Shown: one piece after another, positions 51,501-64,000 of the stretch
Layout: every line of letters begins with the position of its first letter
Position numbering within the stretch: the stretch's first letter is position 1
NCBI GenBank assembly: GCA_002633005.1
Contig: NMRA01000430.1
Location: 1 to 64,000 of the forward strand
Direction: 5' to 3'
DNA length: 64,000 nt
DNA from: Phoronis australis
Lineage: Eukaryota > Animalia > Phoronida
The notes under the pieces: generated by a model
Told to the model about the DNA's origin: nothing
The model's input: the letters and a program-made list of their open reading frames with translations, nothing else
Database searches by the model: none
Position numbers and translations under genes: made by a program

Positions 51501-53085
51501 CATTCAAGGGCCTCCCTAAAGCACACAAATAATTGTGTAGCAAATTTCACTCAATAATTTGTGACCCTGGTGAGCGCTCTTGGAAATTTTTGAAAATGCA
51601 CCCATGGTGGTACTTTCGAGGGGTCACAGATATAGAAATTACCAGTAAATTGAAATAACACTGAATGTTTTAAATTAGTACTTGTTGTGTAGTTTAATCA
51701 TCTAAATGTGTTGATTTGTAGTGCCAAGATTGCAACAATAGCCAACGGTTCTAACAAAGTGCTCAGACCAAGGACTCTATCTAGTGGAGTGGCCGCCCCA
51801 CAAGTTGTGCTAGCCATCAAACCTGTCTCACTGGCTGATGTGCAATTAGTAAGTTACAGATCTCAGAAGTGATGACTTGATGCCAAGTGTGGTACTAATA
51901 GGTGGACCAGTTCTGGGCTCTAACATTTAGTTACTTTGGAGTGAAAATTATATAGTAAAAAGAAGTAGATCAACCCCACCTTCTGAAAGTTGAACCGCAC
52001 TCGACCTGTTTACAGTATGATAGGGAAGTTTAGCAAAATTTTAATAGGTTCTTGTATGTACATTGATACAAATTTTCTTACCCAAAAGAGAATGACCCAT
52101 CAGTGTATTTTTATGCGCCCACGTATGCGAGTGTATAGTGCTGCCATCTGTCTAGGCGTCTGCTGCTGTATCTCCAACTCCATCTTCATGAAACGTGGCA
52201 CGTGTTCCTATGGACTTTTGTATTGATTGGAATGCCTTTGTGCTCCCTAGTGGCAATTTTTAGTATTTTACATTTTTTGCCTATGTATCTTCGGAGTTCG
52301 ATGATGGATTTTCATGAAATTTGGCAATTTGCTTTCTGTTAAAAATACGATGGCTTTTTATTTTCGGATAATTATGTTTTCAATGAATTTTGCACCACCT
52401 ATTAGCAATTATAAATGTTTGCCAAAAAATTGACAATGTGTTCCTGCTAAGACCACAGCCAAAGTTGATTTTCGGTCAGGTTAAACAATTGTGGCACCCC
52501 CATTGGCAATTTTTTCTGTATCACTACAACCCCATTGCAGGATCTTTGTGAAAACGGGCATTAATTTCTAAAAACGTGACAACAGATGACAACTTTCTGT
52601 TGGATCCTACTACCACAATGACCTCATGTGGCAATTTAGTTTTTTACGTTACTTTACCTCTGTATATTCGAAGTTCTTGAAATTTGACTAATAGTTTTCT
52701 ATTAAGTAGACAACACCTTTTTATTTTGGGATGGGTTAAACAAGTCATATTCTGTGCCACCTGGTGGCCATTTTTGTGTACTAGTAGACGCCACTTGAAG
52801 ACTAGTTTGCAGTGCAGTCGTGAGCAGCTCTTGTACATCATTGTAGGGAAAGGTTTGAGTCAGTTTGTGTGGTTGACAAACTTAGTTTATAATTAGCTTT
52901 TAACTGGATTATTTGCACATTACAGGGTTCACATTTCAATTGTCAAAACTTTAGACCAGGCAGTTAATCAGTGTATTAAATATTTTTTACAGATCACAAA
53001 AGCGGCTGAAAAATCTTCAGATCTAAGTAAAAAAGTGAAAGTCCAGCACATGGAAGATCTTGTGGTTCCCTTTGGAGTCCCGTGA
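42524..53085 (+). CDS. LAMTOR1: Ragulator complex subunit LAMTOR1 (p18), ~165 aa
   Basis: Exons 42524-42565 (MGCCFS acylation motif), 46204-46274 (ERSRLL dileucine; copy 48410-48480), 46527-46613 ([14 protein letters not shown]; copy 48755-48841), 50210-50287 ([19 protein letters not shown]), 51722-51848, 52993-53085 ([10 protein letters not shown]). Confidence 0.96.
43445..43521 (-). mobile_element. tRNA-derived SINE head (partial copies at ~42805-42850 and ~43240-43280)
   Basis: Minus strand TAGCTGAATGG (A box) and GGTTCAATTCC (B box). Confidence 0.5.
43720..44232 (+). repeat. Dispersed repeat, inverted homolog of 63015-63555
   Basis: Shared blocks such as TAGCCAATATCTT..ACTGATTAA.TCCATTCTGGCATTTATGGTTGGAGGGCC and ACTGGGCTG.GCTG. 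Confidence 0.8.
44330..45390 (+). mobile_element. Decayed 5'-truncated non-LTR retrotransposon (CR1/L2-group RT relic)
   Basis: [20 protein letters not shown]...QV.V...S....V.SGVPQG.V..PLLFL...ND with stops and frameshifts; downstream YKT.V.P...YA...WDP and YKY.FFP.TI remnants. Confidence 0.8.
45550..48225. repeat. ~60-bp minisatellite arrays (45550-46015 and 47610-48225)
   Basis: GCATGTCATCTTGCATGTTCATTGCAGGCATGTATTCATGATCATAAAC.. units. Confidence 0.9.
45550..49406. other. Duplication of LAMTOR1 exons 2-3 across n 47177; probable uncollapsed haplotypes
   Basis: 45550-47176 repeats at ~47690-49406; 71+87 nt is not a multiple of 3; exon copies differ only by synonymous SNPs. Confidence 0.8.
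50460..51157. mobile_element. Kolobok-like non-autonomous transposon with degenerate THAP domain
   Basis: TTAA on both sides (50456-50459, 51158-51161); TIRs AGGcaaATGCCACCC / GGGTGGCATgctCCT; internal + strand [22 protein letters not shown] (THAP-like with H>N) and - strand [12 protein letters not shown]. Confidence 0.75.
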
Positions 53086-54104
53086 TGACTCGTGGATATG
53101 AAATATGGCATTTGTCTTCTGTTGGTTAAAATGTGTAGTTCTTTATTATTATCTTCTCATGAGTGGAAGAAAAAATAATCTTTTTTTAAATGCTTTGCTC
53201 ATGCCAATACCACCTTATTCCATGCTTCATTGGTGCTCAAGGTGTGCACATTTTATTTCGGCAAGCAGCAGACCATAGTGAGCAGTTGATGACGTCTGCT
53301 ACAGTCATCTGCTACAGCTCGTTCAGCTGGTTGCTTGCTTATCACCTCTCATTGTAAATAGACCAGTATTAAGTTTGCCCATTTTATTAAACATCGTAAG
53401 CACAGTCTTGGCTTAAGTGGGTGTTCAGTTTGAATGTGAACTTTGATCATGTTTACCTCAGTCAGTAGCTATTGTTTGGCTAATACAAAACAGCAGCGTC
53501 ACCTTGGTAACAACGTGCTTACTGCCATCTTAGCTATGACCAGACAAACGCTCTATGTTCAAAAGCTGAAGCTTTAATAATAAATACTTGATAAGACGTG
53601 TTTCATTACTCTGCTAGAGTATAACATTTACATTATGGAGAAGTTATGAGAGACGACAAGACAACTATTGATCTCTGCAGTGCACAACTGAGGCAAACAC
53701 ATATACTCTAAAATTAGACCACAGTTAATGCATGAATTTTGGACACGGAGTGAAGATGCATTTCGCATCGGTTACGAATGCAAGGCACATGTTTCAGTTT
53801 GTCATTGTATGTTAAAATGAATGAGCTGTTTGTTCAGCAACCATGTGAATTTAGTGGGCTTGGAGAACTATAATTCAGCCCACCCATGGTTTACACGGCC
53901 ATGTTGGTGGATGTGAATATTGGACTGGTGACAAATGATGATCATTCACAGACCTCACTTATCAGTGTTAAGGAATTGTCATTGATTATCTCATTTTGGA
54001 TACTTTCGCACTAAAAACAAATTATTGGAAGATAATTACTGTAATATATATTATCACGATTGATGATAAACCTAACATGAAAAATTACATACCTCGTTAA
54101 CATG

Positions 54105-54160
54105 AATTCGTATCAACCATTTATATCATATACCATTCATATAAATGGTTGATATGAATT
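54105..54160. repeat. 22-bp stem hairpin with 12-nt loop
   Basis: AATTCGTATCAACCATTTATAT ... ATATAAATGGTTGATATGAATT, with one G-T pair. Confidence 0.8.
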
Positions 54161-55515
54161 AATATGAAATATTTTATCATAGGTTACAGTCAAGCAAAAT
54201 TGCTTGTAAATGCTTGAACCTAACAACGATCCTTGTCATTCAAGAAACTTAAGAAACTAAGGGAAACCGTCACACCTAACTCATTCTCAGAACATCAAAC
54301 TTGGGCGAGTTATCCAAGCTCTTAAATCTTAATGTAGTAGGCGGGGAAGAGGTGGAAATGGGTGACTTTGACACAAAACACCTAAACTTTGACCCAAAAC
54401 ATCTCAACTTTGACCCAAAACATCTCAACTTTGACCCATGAAGTTCTTCAGAACGTTGCAAAAGTCTTAGTAATTGAATTGTCTCCGTTTACTTGGTTAT
54501 CACTCAGCTTTGAGGATGTAGTGAGAGATATCCTGGAGTGACAGAACACTAAGCATTAAGTTTAAATTACATTATTATAAAATAAACATAAGTATTGCAC
54601 TAATACTATAAGGAATACTAAACTACAAATGAGCTAAAACAACATCATACATTGTAACAGTCCTTCAAAGCAATGCAGCTTGGTATGGAATATGTCTTTA
54701 GAATATGTCTTTAGATGGAGTACTCCATACCCACAGATAAAACTTTGGTCTTGCAACAGACCATCTAAAGATGGAAAGATAATTATATTCAAAGGTTAAG
54801 GGATTGAAATATTGACAGATTATGTTCCAGCAGCAACTGAAGTTCTGTTAGTAGTGCAGATGCACTTAGCCCTTCCAATAAATATATGTCAAACTACACG
54901 ATTAAGCATTTTCACTTGGCACAGCAACTCAGGGTAAGAGTAGTTTAATGTATTTATACCACATATTAAAGCTTCAATCCACGTTTTTTTTTGATAACTG
55001 TCACACAATAACCATGTCACGTGACTCTACAATCACCTTCCACATTATTCCATGAGCACATGAGCCAGTTATTGCACTGGCGTATCACGACGTATGTGGT
55101 ATAACTCCAATTATGCCTTACTCAGAAATTTTTTTTTATGTTTGCCTTGCGCAAGTTTCACTGTAGTTGTAGAGAAGCCCTGGTCACTAACCACCTCTTG
55201 ACTACAACTACAGGAAGCAGCATTATGACACATACAACTATTCACTGAAGCAGTTATTATGACATAAACTGGACAGTACAGCCAAGTAGCTTCACTTTTT
55301 ACTATCACAGAAATCTGAAGACAAGATTCACTGTTACCAACAAAATGTCCATGTTGGGGTGTGGGATGTGGCGTCGAGCTCCCACAGGATAAATCCAAAT
55401 CATAAAATTGAATACTGGTAAAAACTACATCAGGGCTGATATTTCAAATGCTCTGCCACGTGACCGTTAGGCTAAGTAATCTCATGGACTTGGAACGCTC
55501 TGGCTTCAATACCAG

Positions 55516-58500
55516 CTACACCGTATCGGCCCTATCAAAGACTTCTGCTGTGTTAAAAGGGACCATTCTCTTGAATACCACAACAAATAACAAAACAGTA
55601 CATAAGTTGAGTCCAGCAATGGTTGAGAAGGCCACCCTAGGTCCCCAAGCAGCATACAGTTGACTGACGCAGATGGGCCCTAGTACACGTGCAGCACTTC
55701 CAGCGGATGTCAGCCAACCCATCATGGTTCCCTGCAATGGAGAAGACAGCGACTCGTTCAATGTCACATAGTGACTTGTTAAAACATTCACAGTGACTGG
55801 TTCAAACACTCGCTGAGGCTGGCTCAAACATTCATAGTGGCCTATTCAAACATTCAGTGTCTTGTTCAAACATACACAGCAGCTTTCCACTAGCGCTAAT
55901 GCTAAATAATACTCGAGAGCCAATATCAACTTCTGCCCATGGAAAGAAGCCAACATATTCAAAGATGTGTTCTGAATGCTGAGGCCCATCAAATGTCGTC
56001 TGCTCACGATCAAAACCACTTATCAAACAACATTTTGATACAAGGATCACACCTGACAACTAATGTGAGTTTGACTCACTGTCCTTAATCACATGATGAC
56101 CATGTCTTTCACCACTTCAATGAGTTATACAGACCGGTAAATATCAAAGATTCAGCAAACAACCTTAGACATGTGCTCTTGATAATTTGATTAAAACAAT
56201 GACCACATCAAGTTAAAACAGTGAAGTCAATCATCAGGCAACACGCTATGTTGTATTGTTCAAATGTAGAATTGTGGCAAAATGAACAACTTTTGCTTTC
56301 CTTGTAACAAAGGGATCACAGACACATTTTCTTCTGAAAGATCAACAAAAATATCAGGTGGTACACCACCCTTGTTTGGAAGACGGGGTACCCTAGAGAA
56401 ATAAACATTCACCTAAGAAATGCCTTTAGTTAATTTTAATTATTTCTACCAAGGAGATAAAAACGGGTCAACCAATGCACAAAATGAAACTGAACTTGAC
56501 ATGCTTGTATGCCCAATTCAAATGCTCACAAGCCAAATCTTCGCTCAACTTGATTGGAGAACTTTCCACAGTACGGCCCTTGAAATGTAACATTTCGTCT
56601 TATTCCCACATTCAATCGGTTTAGTCGAATATGAATTCTACGAAACTTACTGCTGATCATGTTGTATACAGTAAGTAATTACCTGGGGGTTAGGTCCCAG
56701 TATTTTTGAGTAGAGTGTGAACATAAGAACATTGCACACAGGGTAGCCGACAGAATTGAGTGTTATTCCAGCAAAGAACTGTGCCATGTGGAGCCGCGGT
56801 GTGTAGGTGCACCATGTGAACGAGACAGGGCATCCCAATGGCTCCACTGTACTGTTGGGTACACCACTTGTTGTCATGGCAACTTCATGCAGCTTTGATG
56901 GTGTCAGATCTGTCAAATAAAAGGACATATTTTACTAATCAACACCAAAAAGGGCTTCAAGAAATACTGCAGAGAAAGCAATATACATCTTTCTTTGATA
57001 GTCAAACAAAATCTTTCCTATTGCATTTGGAATAAGACAAATATAACAGGCTACCTTCATTACCAACGATCAAATATGTTTAACTTTTTAATTATTAATT
57101 GTAAAACTATATATTTTAAAATTCCTTGATGATCACAGATTTTTATTATGTGCTTAAAAAATTAATGCCCAGACGTTTGCAACCATTTTTTGGAATTTTT
57201 TGATTTTGCATGGAGATCGTAATTTCCATAAACGTTGATTTTTTGCATGAAACTGTAAATTTTGTTTCTTTTAGTGAATTAGCTACCAAATGTAACTGGC
57301 ATTTTCTTTTAACTTAAGGCCTTTTAGCCCAAGAACTCCATTGTCAAAAATGAACATGTCAACATTCCTTGAAAAACACAACTTCAAAGTCTTTATTTTT
57401 GACAGTTATCTCTCGGACTAAATCCTATACACACTTCTGTAACTAATAGAATAAAGAAACAGAATTTTGTGCGAAACATTCATGCTTGTTTTAAGTACTC
57501 TGTGAAAAATTGCCAATTTTTTAGAAAAAAAGTGATCATGTGAATAACTTTCATGAAAATCTAGGCATTGCTTTCATGGCCATGATTATGTTCTGTGATC
57601 AACAAAGATGTTCAAAATCCATAGTTCTCTACTATTAATGCATAAAAAGTTACTTTAGAAATTCAATCCTTGGTAATGAAGCCTTTTACCTTAAATGACT
57701 AAGCTCACAAAATCATGGCATTCACAAAGCAAACACAAGTGAAAGAAAGAAAATGCAACATAACGAAATCTGAACTAACACAAAATACCTGTTATTTGGA
57801 AAGAAAGATGAGTGTCTCCCCACGGCAACCAAAGTAGGAAAGCACACACGGTTAGCAGAAATCCAGTAAGGATTAAATATCGTTCATTAACACTAGAGAA
57901 TACAAGACAAGCGTTAGTCAGAACACATTTAGTGGAAAGCAAGGCCAAGTCTAAAGCATGCATCTATAACCAAACTAGACAAAGAACACAGGAAATTAAG
58001 GTGAAGCTGAACATCGTTAACTAATTCTTCATGCTATCACCTTAACACAAGCGAAGTTAGTCTAAGTTATCACCAACAGTAGTTAATAAAATGTCCGTAC
58101 AATGCAAGTCATTATAGTAACATCCTAGTCAACGGCACTGACTCACACATGCATCTCAACACTTCAAACAGTAATTACACCAAAATCACAAAAACATGTA
58201 TCAAAATCCTATCTGAAATAACACATTATTGCCCAAAGCTCAAATTTAAAAACAATCCTTTTATTAAAGTTATTTAAGAAACACTTCAACTTGAACTGCG
58301 TGACTTTCATTACCGTTTCGAGAGTACTTTGATAGCAGCAAATACAAAGATAGAGAGTAGACCAGCGCCAGCCAGAATGAGGCCACAATAGAGGGCAGCA
58401 TCTTCCTTACTCCAGTTGTACATGTCTTCAGTCAGTGGCGTGGCGATCCTGGTGGAAAAACATAACTGATTATTGGGATTCTCTTTAGTTTGCTTCACAT

Positions 58501-61500
58501 AGCCTGTGACTAATTTGTATATCTAGATGCTCCATCAGAAACTCATCCCCTTCCATGACATCTTGTACTACGTCAACATAATCTGCTGACATCATCAATG
58601 CTCCTTATCACGAGATCTGATCAAAGCTCATTTTATGCAGAGCACGACATTTACTGAATTACTAATGAACTTAGTACGAGCGATAAAACACTGGCTGGAA
58701 TAGATTGAAATATCATACGCAAAAACTAGTAATTTTTCAAACTGTTGAGCTTCTGAAATTATATTTGTGAAAAGTTAGGTTGTGATAATTTCCCCTAAAA
58801 ATATGGTAAAACGTAGCCAAAACAATGTAATTCTCGCGTTTCACATTGACCGCTCTCTCTCATGCCATGAAGTACAAAATAGTGGCACGTACCAGCAGAT
58901 ACGGCAGGTAGGTAAGCAGGCTCGTTTTCGCTCCTATGGAGAGTCACATGTTAGCATATGTCGACTGAATACTTAATATTTTACATCACATTTAAGTCAT
59001 GCCGGGAAAGTATTACTGTTGTAGCGTAGGCTGCAATGCCGATTCAAGGAAGTGGGATAAGCTAGATAAATATCCATGGATGTGGGATGTCACATTTCAC
59101 CCCTTCCTGAGGGTTCTGACAGAAAAAATACGGCAAAGCCCGTTGTGCGCACAGGACCACCATTGTACAATCAATATAATCTTAAAAAAAAAACAGTGCA
59201 GGTAGTCTGATGTCATATAATCTTAACTCATGGCCGAGAAGAGTGGGAGCACGGAATACGGGAATTAAATTTGGTTTGTTGACCAGTATTTCAATCTGGA
59301 CAGGCATGTTCACCTCAATGATTGGCAAGTGAGTCATGATCTATGTAGGACCAAAGACTGCAAACGCTTAACAACCGACAGGATTGATATCTGGATATGG
59401 AAACCAAACTTGTCTGGAGTTGAAACTGAACGAGAGAAATTTGTAATGTCAATAAAATTCATACAGGTATCTTAAAGGTGACTCACTTCATAACAAAAAC
59501 CTGTGCTCTAGCAATTTAACCTGTACCCATAGTTTAATCTCCAAACTCAAACTCCAAATTATTTGTGACATTTTTTGTTCTACTGCAGTCCTAACTTAAG
59601 ATAAGTTTCAATTATTTTGTTCTCAAATACATTAAGGTTTACATGGATGAATGTGTAATCCAAGGTTGAACTTAATGACCTTTAAATTTGAGCTGCAAAC
59701 TCGAGTTCAAACTTGAAATAATACAGAGACACTTTTTATGTCATGCTAAACTAGAATGGAAATGCAAAAAAATGGAATTTAAGTTTGCGATTCTAGGCCT
59801 TGGTTACTGAGGTTCTAATCACTGTATTGGAAACCATTTGCATGGCATGCTTCAAGTAAACTTGTATTAGAATCACATAACACGATTGTTAAGTTTCAAG
59901 TTGGAGCGAGTCTGAGATCGGAGATCGGAGATCAGGTCTTGGGCCTTGGTCTCATTGATACACAAGGTATTCCATGTCCAATATGAACTTCTTACAGCAA
60001 TCGATGGTTAGCATAACGGCAACTTGCCAAATGTGACTTGGCAAAATATCCAGGTTCCCAAACGAGAAATGAGGTCACCAAAACAAGGAAACCCTATAAA
60101 AGGCTCGGACCTTACAAACGATGATGCATCGTTGGGAACAATCAAAATGTCTACCGGGACACCTAAGATTGCCTGGGGGCTTTTTATTTAAGTTGAATGG
60201 AAAATTAAGAGTATATCGTGTGCTAGGTAATGACCTGAATTTCCTCCGCGGGCATACTATCCAGCAAATGAATCTAATGCCTGTTTGCTTACTTCCTGTA
60301 GTATTTTGACTCCTTGCTCGAATACGTGCGTGGCGGCTTTGAAGCGACTTGGGATTTTTACCAGGTGGGCAAACAAGTCGCCAAATCGAGCCCTACATTT
60401 AAAGCAACAAGGTAGCCCAAAAATGAAATTAATTACAGTTCCAGTAGCAAGGACTGGGTGGCCATGTTATTTTACAAACATCAGTTGTACTTCCACAGAA
60501 CAACAAACAACAGCAGCAGTTATTCGCTGATATTTCTTGTTCACAACACAGCGTCGAGTGAAGGTTAGGGTCACTTAAAGAAAGCATGAAAGCAATGAAA
60601 ATCAAATGATTACCATGGCAACATAGAGTTAGTATATGATAAAACAGGGTTAGTTGAGTTGACATATGTGATGAAAGCAACAGAATTAGTAACGAGCGGA
60701 TCAAAGTGTAGTACAACACAAGGTGACCATGTCTGCTGCACAGCAGTGCTACAGTAATATTACAATCATACTTACGTTTCAAATGTGCCAAATGTGAACA
60801 TTGTAACAAAAAAGAAAACCAAAGACAGTGCACATGCTATGTAGTCAGGCTTGTCACTGCGAAGACCATCTGTCATTTCTGAAAATAGAGAAAATCACAG
60901 CGATATCACTGTGTAGCAGAAGTGTTAAGGAAAACAAAACAAACACTACTTACAAACATCACCGCTAGTGTTTGTTCATGTTCTCATCAACAGAATGTTA
61001 TAGGTCATAAGATATTGACCCACAAATGATCAAATCTATAAAACTTACCAATCCAAGAAATCATTCAAGAGTTTGCCAATTATTAATAAAAAATAATATA
61101 ACTAATTCACCAAAAGTTGTAAAATAATCATAAAACACCAGCATCAAAATGAACCCAATTAAAGGAATTCAAGACTGGCAATGAAAATAATTTTAATTAT
61201 AAAAATGATCATGAGCTGATCACCCATACCAACACAGCGCGTGCAGTACACTCAAGAAGACCAGTATAAGGACATCTAACAAAGTGTAAGCAAAAAAATT
61301 GCGCGAGGTTAGTGCGGAACTTTGACCAACCAAAAATGATGACTAAACCTAAATAATATTGGCCAACCAAGCTTGAATACGGTAGCACGTCTTAGCCTAA
61401 TTCACTGTGCCAGTAAGGATTTTTCAAGCCCCATGAATTCAGTGCCACAGGAATAACCTCAAGTGAGTAACAGTGTACTACACCCACCTGTAGAGACGCC

Positions 61501-63845
61501 CTGTATTGATGTGTTGAATGCCAGGTCATTATCTACCACGCGATGTTCAGCAAACACTAATACGATCATGACCAAATTGACCACGCCCAGAACAGCACTC
61601 AACCAGGCTGGGGCCGTGTACAAGTTCAGTCTGAACTCGTCTACATTAACAGGGCCGGGGAAGCCAAGAGGGGCGACGGCTGCTTGTATGGCTGCGTGAG
61701 CAAAAGAAAGTCTCAATACAACAAACACAACTACAGAACATTAAACAAACACCGGCAATAGCTTCGTAACAGTCACAACTAATTACCACAAGGTGTCTCT
61801 CTAGCCATGGAAACACTGAAAATGAGGTCTACAAGGAGTGATGTACATATACATAGCAAGGTAAAACAAGAATAGTAATAAGTGACAATATGTCAATTTC
61901 CAACACCCTACCTGGTCCAATAATAAACCCTATTGCCTGAAAGGCACCTATATTTGCCATGGCTGCTGTTCTTTCATTCACAGTTGTTGCCCCAGACACG
62001 TATGACCTGACAATAGCAGTGTTTCCTGGAAAGACGCAGCAATAAATGAATGAAAATCTTTATTGGAGTAAGATGACTGTAGAATACAACGCCACCTGCT
62101 TGGCTATTGCCACAGATAGTATGAATTAGTAACTGATACAATCATAATATAACTAAATATCATTGTCATTTTGTCATGCCATAGGATCAATTCTCAGACA
62201 GACATGACAGCAACATACAATCACATATATGAATAAACCCCACCATCATCAATGCCAATCTCTTAAGTCAGGAATAATTATCACAATTTTCATCTGCCAA
62301 AACACTGACATCTTATTTGCAATCCAGTCATGCATTTCAGCCACAACTAGGCAGTATGCCACAACTAGGCAGTATGTCCCAACCAGGCAGTATGACACAA
62401 CTAGGCAGTATGTAACAACTAGACAGTATGTCACAACTAGGCAGTATGTCACAACCAGGCAGTATGTCACAACTAGACAGTATGTCACAACCAGGCAGTA
62501 TGTCACAACCAGGCAGTATGCCACAACTAGACAGTATGTCACAACTAGGCAGTATGCCACAACCAAGCAGTACGTCACAACCAGGCAGTACGTCACAACC
62601 AGGCAGTATGCCACAACCAGGCAGTATGCCACAACAAGGCAGTGGGTCACATCATCAAAAGCCTTTAGCTCCAACCATTACATCTATTTAGTGAATATTC
62701 CAGATGAGAGCAGTCTTCAGTTGTAGACATGTATCCGGTCAATTGTCTAGTGTTTCAAGCAGTCTTTTGTCCAGCGTCTCGCACAGGTTGATAAAGTATC
62801 AAAGGAAGGCATAAGAGGATTGGAAAGAGTGTACAGAACAGGATAAAAATAACAAGTACGGTAAACAGTTAAGGACACAACATGGCAGAATTTTACATTG
62901 CTGTTATCACAACTTGCCTGGTTCAACAGAAAGTCACAAACAGTTGGAAAAGTGTTTAGCTTTTACAGCAAGGTAATAAGCTTTAAAAATTATTGTTCCT
63001 GCTCAGTTGTCATATATTACAGTGTTCTGTTGTTCAGTAACTTTTCCAGATGTGAGGGGTGCTGAACGTTCAATAACATCTGGCTCCTTTGTTAACTGCC
63101 CAGCTCAGTCTTTTGTCCCATATGATAACAAGCAGGCCAATTATCTCCCAGGCTTCAATGGAAACGTATGGTGGTTGCACGCTATTACCGAAAGCCTAAT
63201 ATGAACACAGTCAAACCCAGTGCTTCCGTTTGGGCAGAATAGATTGTCTTAACTTCTGTTGTAGTTGGGCGATTTTGGTGATTCATAAACGGAACATGAT
63301 CAGCATTTGACGTGGAATTCAGAAAGGCTATTGGTTTAAGCTCAAATATGTAATAACTTAACTTTCATTTTTATCAGCCCAGCCCAGTGAGTCTACATAC
63401 GATCTGATCGGAGATTAGAGCAATTATCGAACAAAAGAGCACAGGCCCTCCAACCATAAATGCCAGAATGGAGTTAATCAGTCGTGCAAGATATTGGCTA
63501 TGGGGGTAAACTTCCCAACTTATTGTTGGGCTATAGAATCGAACAAGTTGGGAGCAACGGGATGTCGTCGTCATGAGAAATGTCATGACACCTACCAGCG
63601 CTAACCCCAATCAGCGTGCGTGCTACAACCATCATCCATTTGCTGACTTGTACATCAGAGAAGTCTTGTAGGTAGGCATATAGAAGATTGGAAAATACAC
63701 TGATGACCAAGGATACGACTATAGGCAGACCAGTCTTGTGGATCTTGTTGGACCACCAACCAAATAATGGTGAGGCAACAAACTGACCAAAACTGTAAGA
63801 GGCCACAACCCAGCCCAAAAAGTCTGTCGTTGCAAATTTGTCCAG
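55516..63845 (-). CDS. MFSD8: Major facilitator superfamily lysosomal protein MFSD8/CLN7, 5' exons beyond window end
   Basis: Exons 63596-63845 ([25 protein letters not shown]), 61912-62025 ([17 protein letters not shown]), 61488-61691 (LNLYTAP), 60776-60878 (FET), 58314-58448 ([10 protein letters not shown]), 57789-57892, 56683-56909 (GCP..WC..TP; [11 protein letters not shown]), 55516-55731 ([22 protein letters not shown]). Phases consistent. Confidence 0.93.
57045..57693. mobile_element. Possible degenerate TIR element in MFSD8 intron
   Basis: CTTCATTACCAAcGAT (57056-57071) inverted with ATCcTTGGTAATGAAG (57666-57681); right end ..TACCTTAA. Confidence 0.4.
58999..59110 (+). pseudogene. 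THAP-domain N-terminal fragment (transposon relic) antisense in an MFSD8 intron
   Basis: [18 protein letters not shown]...VTFHPF matches the THAP C-x4-C..FHxFP start, then loses similarity. Confidence 0.55.
62340..62645. repeat. 18-bp minisatellite (same family as 40160-40680, opposite strand)
   Basis: (CACAACYAGGCAGTATGT)n. Confidence 0.95.
63015..63555 (-). repeat. Dispersed repeat, inverted homolog of 43720-44232
   Basis: Reverse complement aligns by eye over ~500 bp with 43720-44232. Confidence 0.8.
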
Positions 63846-64000
63846 CTATAAGAAAAAATACAAGCAATTTTACTTTAAACCAAAACTGAGGCTTAAAGAC
63901 AGGTTTTACTGTTCACGTATTTTGTTAGATAGTTAATTCTATTTTAGACATAAGCACACACAACCGTGAAGGACAGATGCACTATAGTAGTTTTATGCCA

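Overview
Intron-rich, AT-rich animal (invertebrate-looking) genomic DNA, not prokaryotic. Reading splice sites and frames by hand gives five alternating genes: C2CD3 (-, 27 exons in window, 3' end runs off the left edge), PPME1 (+, complete, 12 exons), NARS2 (-, complete, 13 exons), LAMTOR1 (+, complete, 6 exons) and MFSD8 (-, 5' end off the right edge). C2CD3/PPME1 and NARS2/LAMTOR1 are head-to-head with only ~180-220 bp between start codons. The PPME1 and NARS2 stop codons face each other 12 nt apart. PPME1 intron 2 is a U12 (minor spliceosome) intron. Introns hold non-autonomous DNA transposons (TA-flanked CCGTA-TIR element, hAT MITE, Kolobok-like element with THAP relic), tRNA-derived SINE heads, a decayed LINE RT, foldbacks and many minisatellites, several of which start at exon/intron junctions. 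Five near-identical tandem duplications flank n/N joins and look like uncollapsed haplotypes. Most ORFs in the supplied track are repeat- or intron-derived. Gene identities come from my recognition of protein motifs, not from a database search. I found no clearly novel gene system; the best leads concern splicing and gene architecture.
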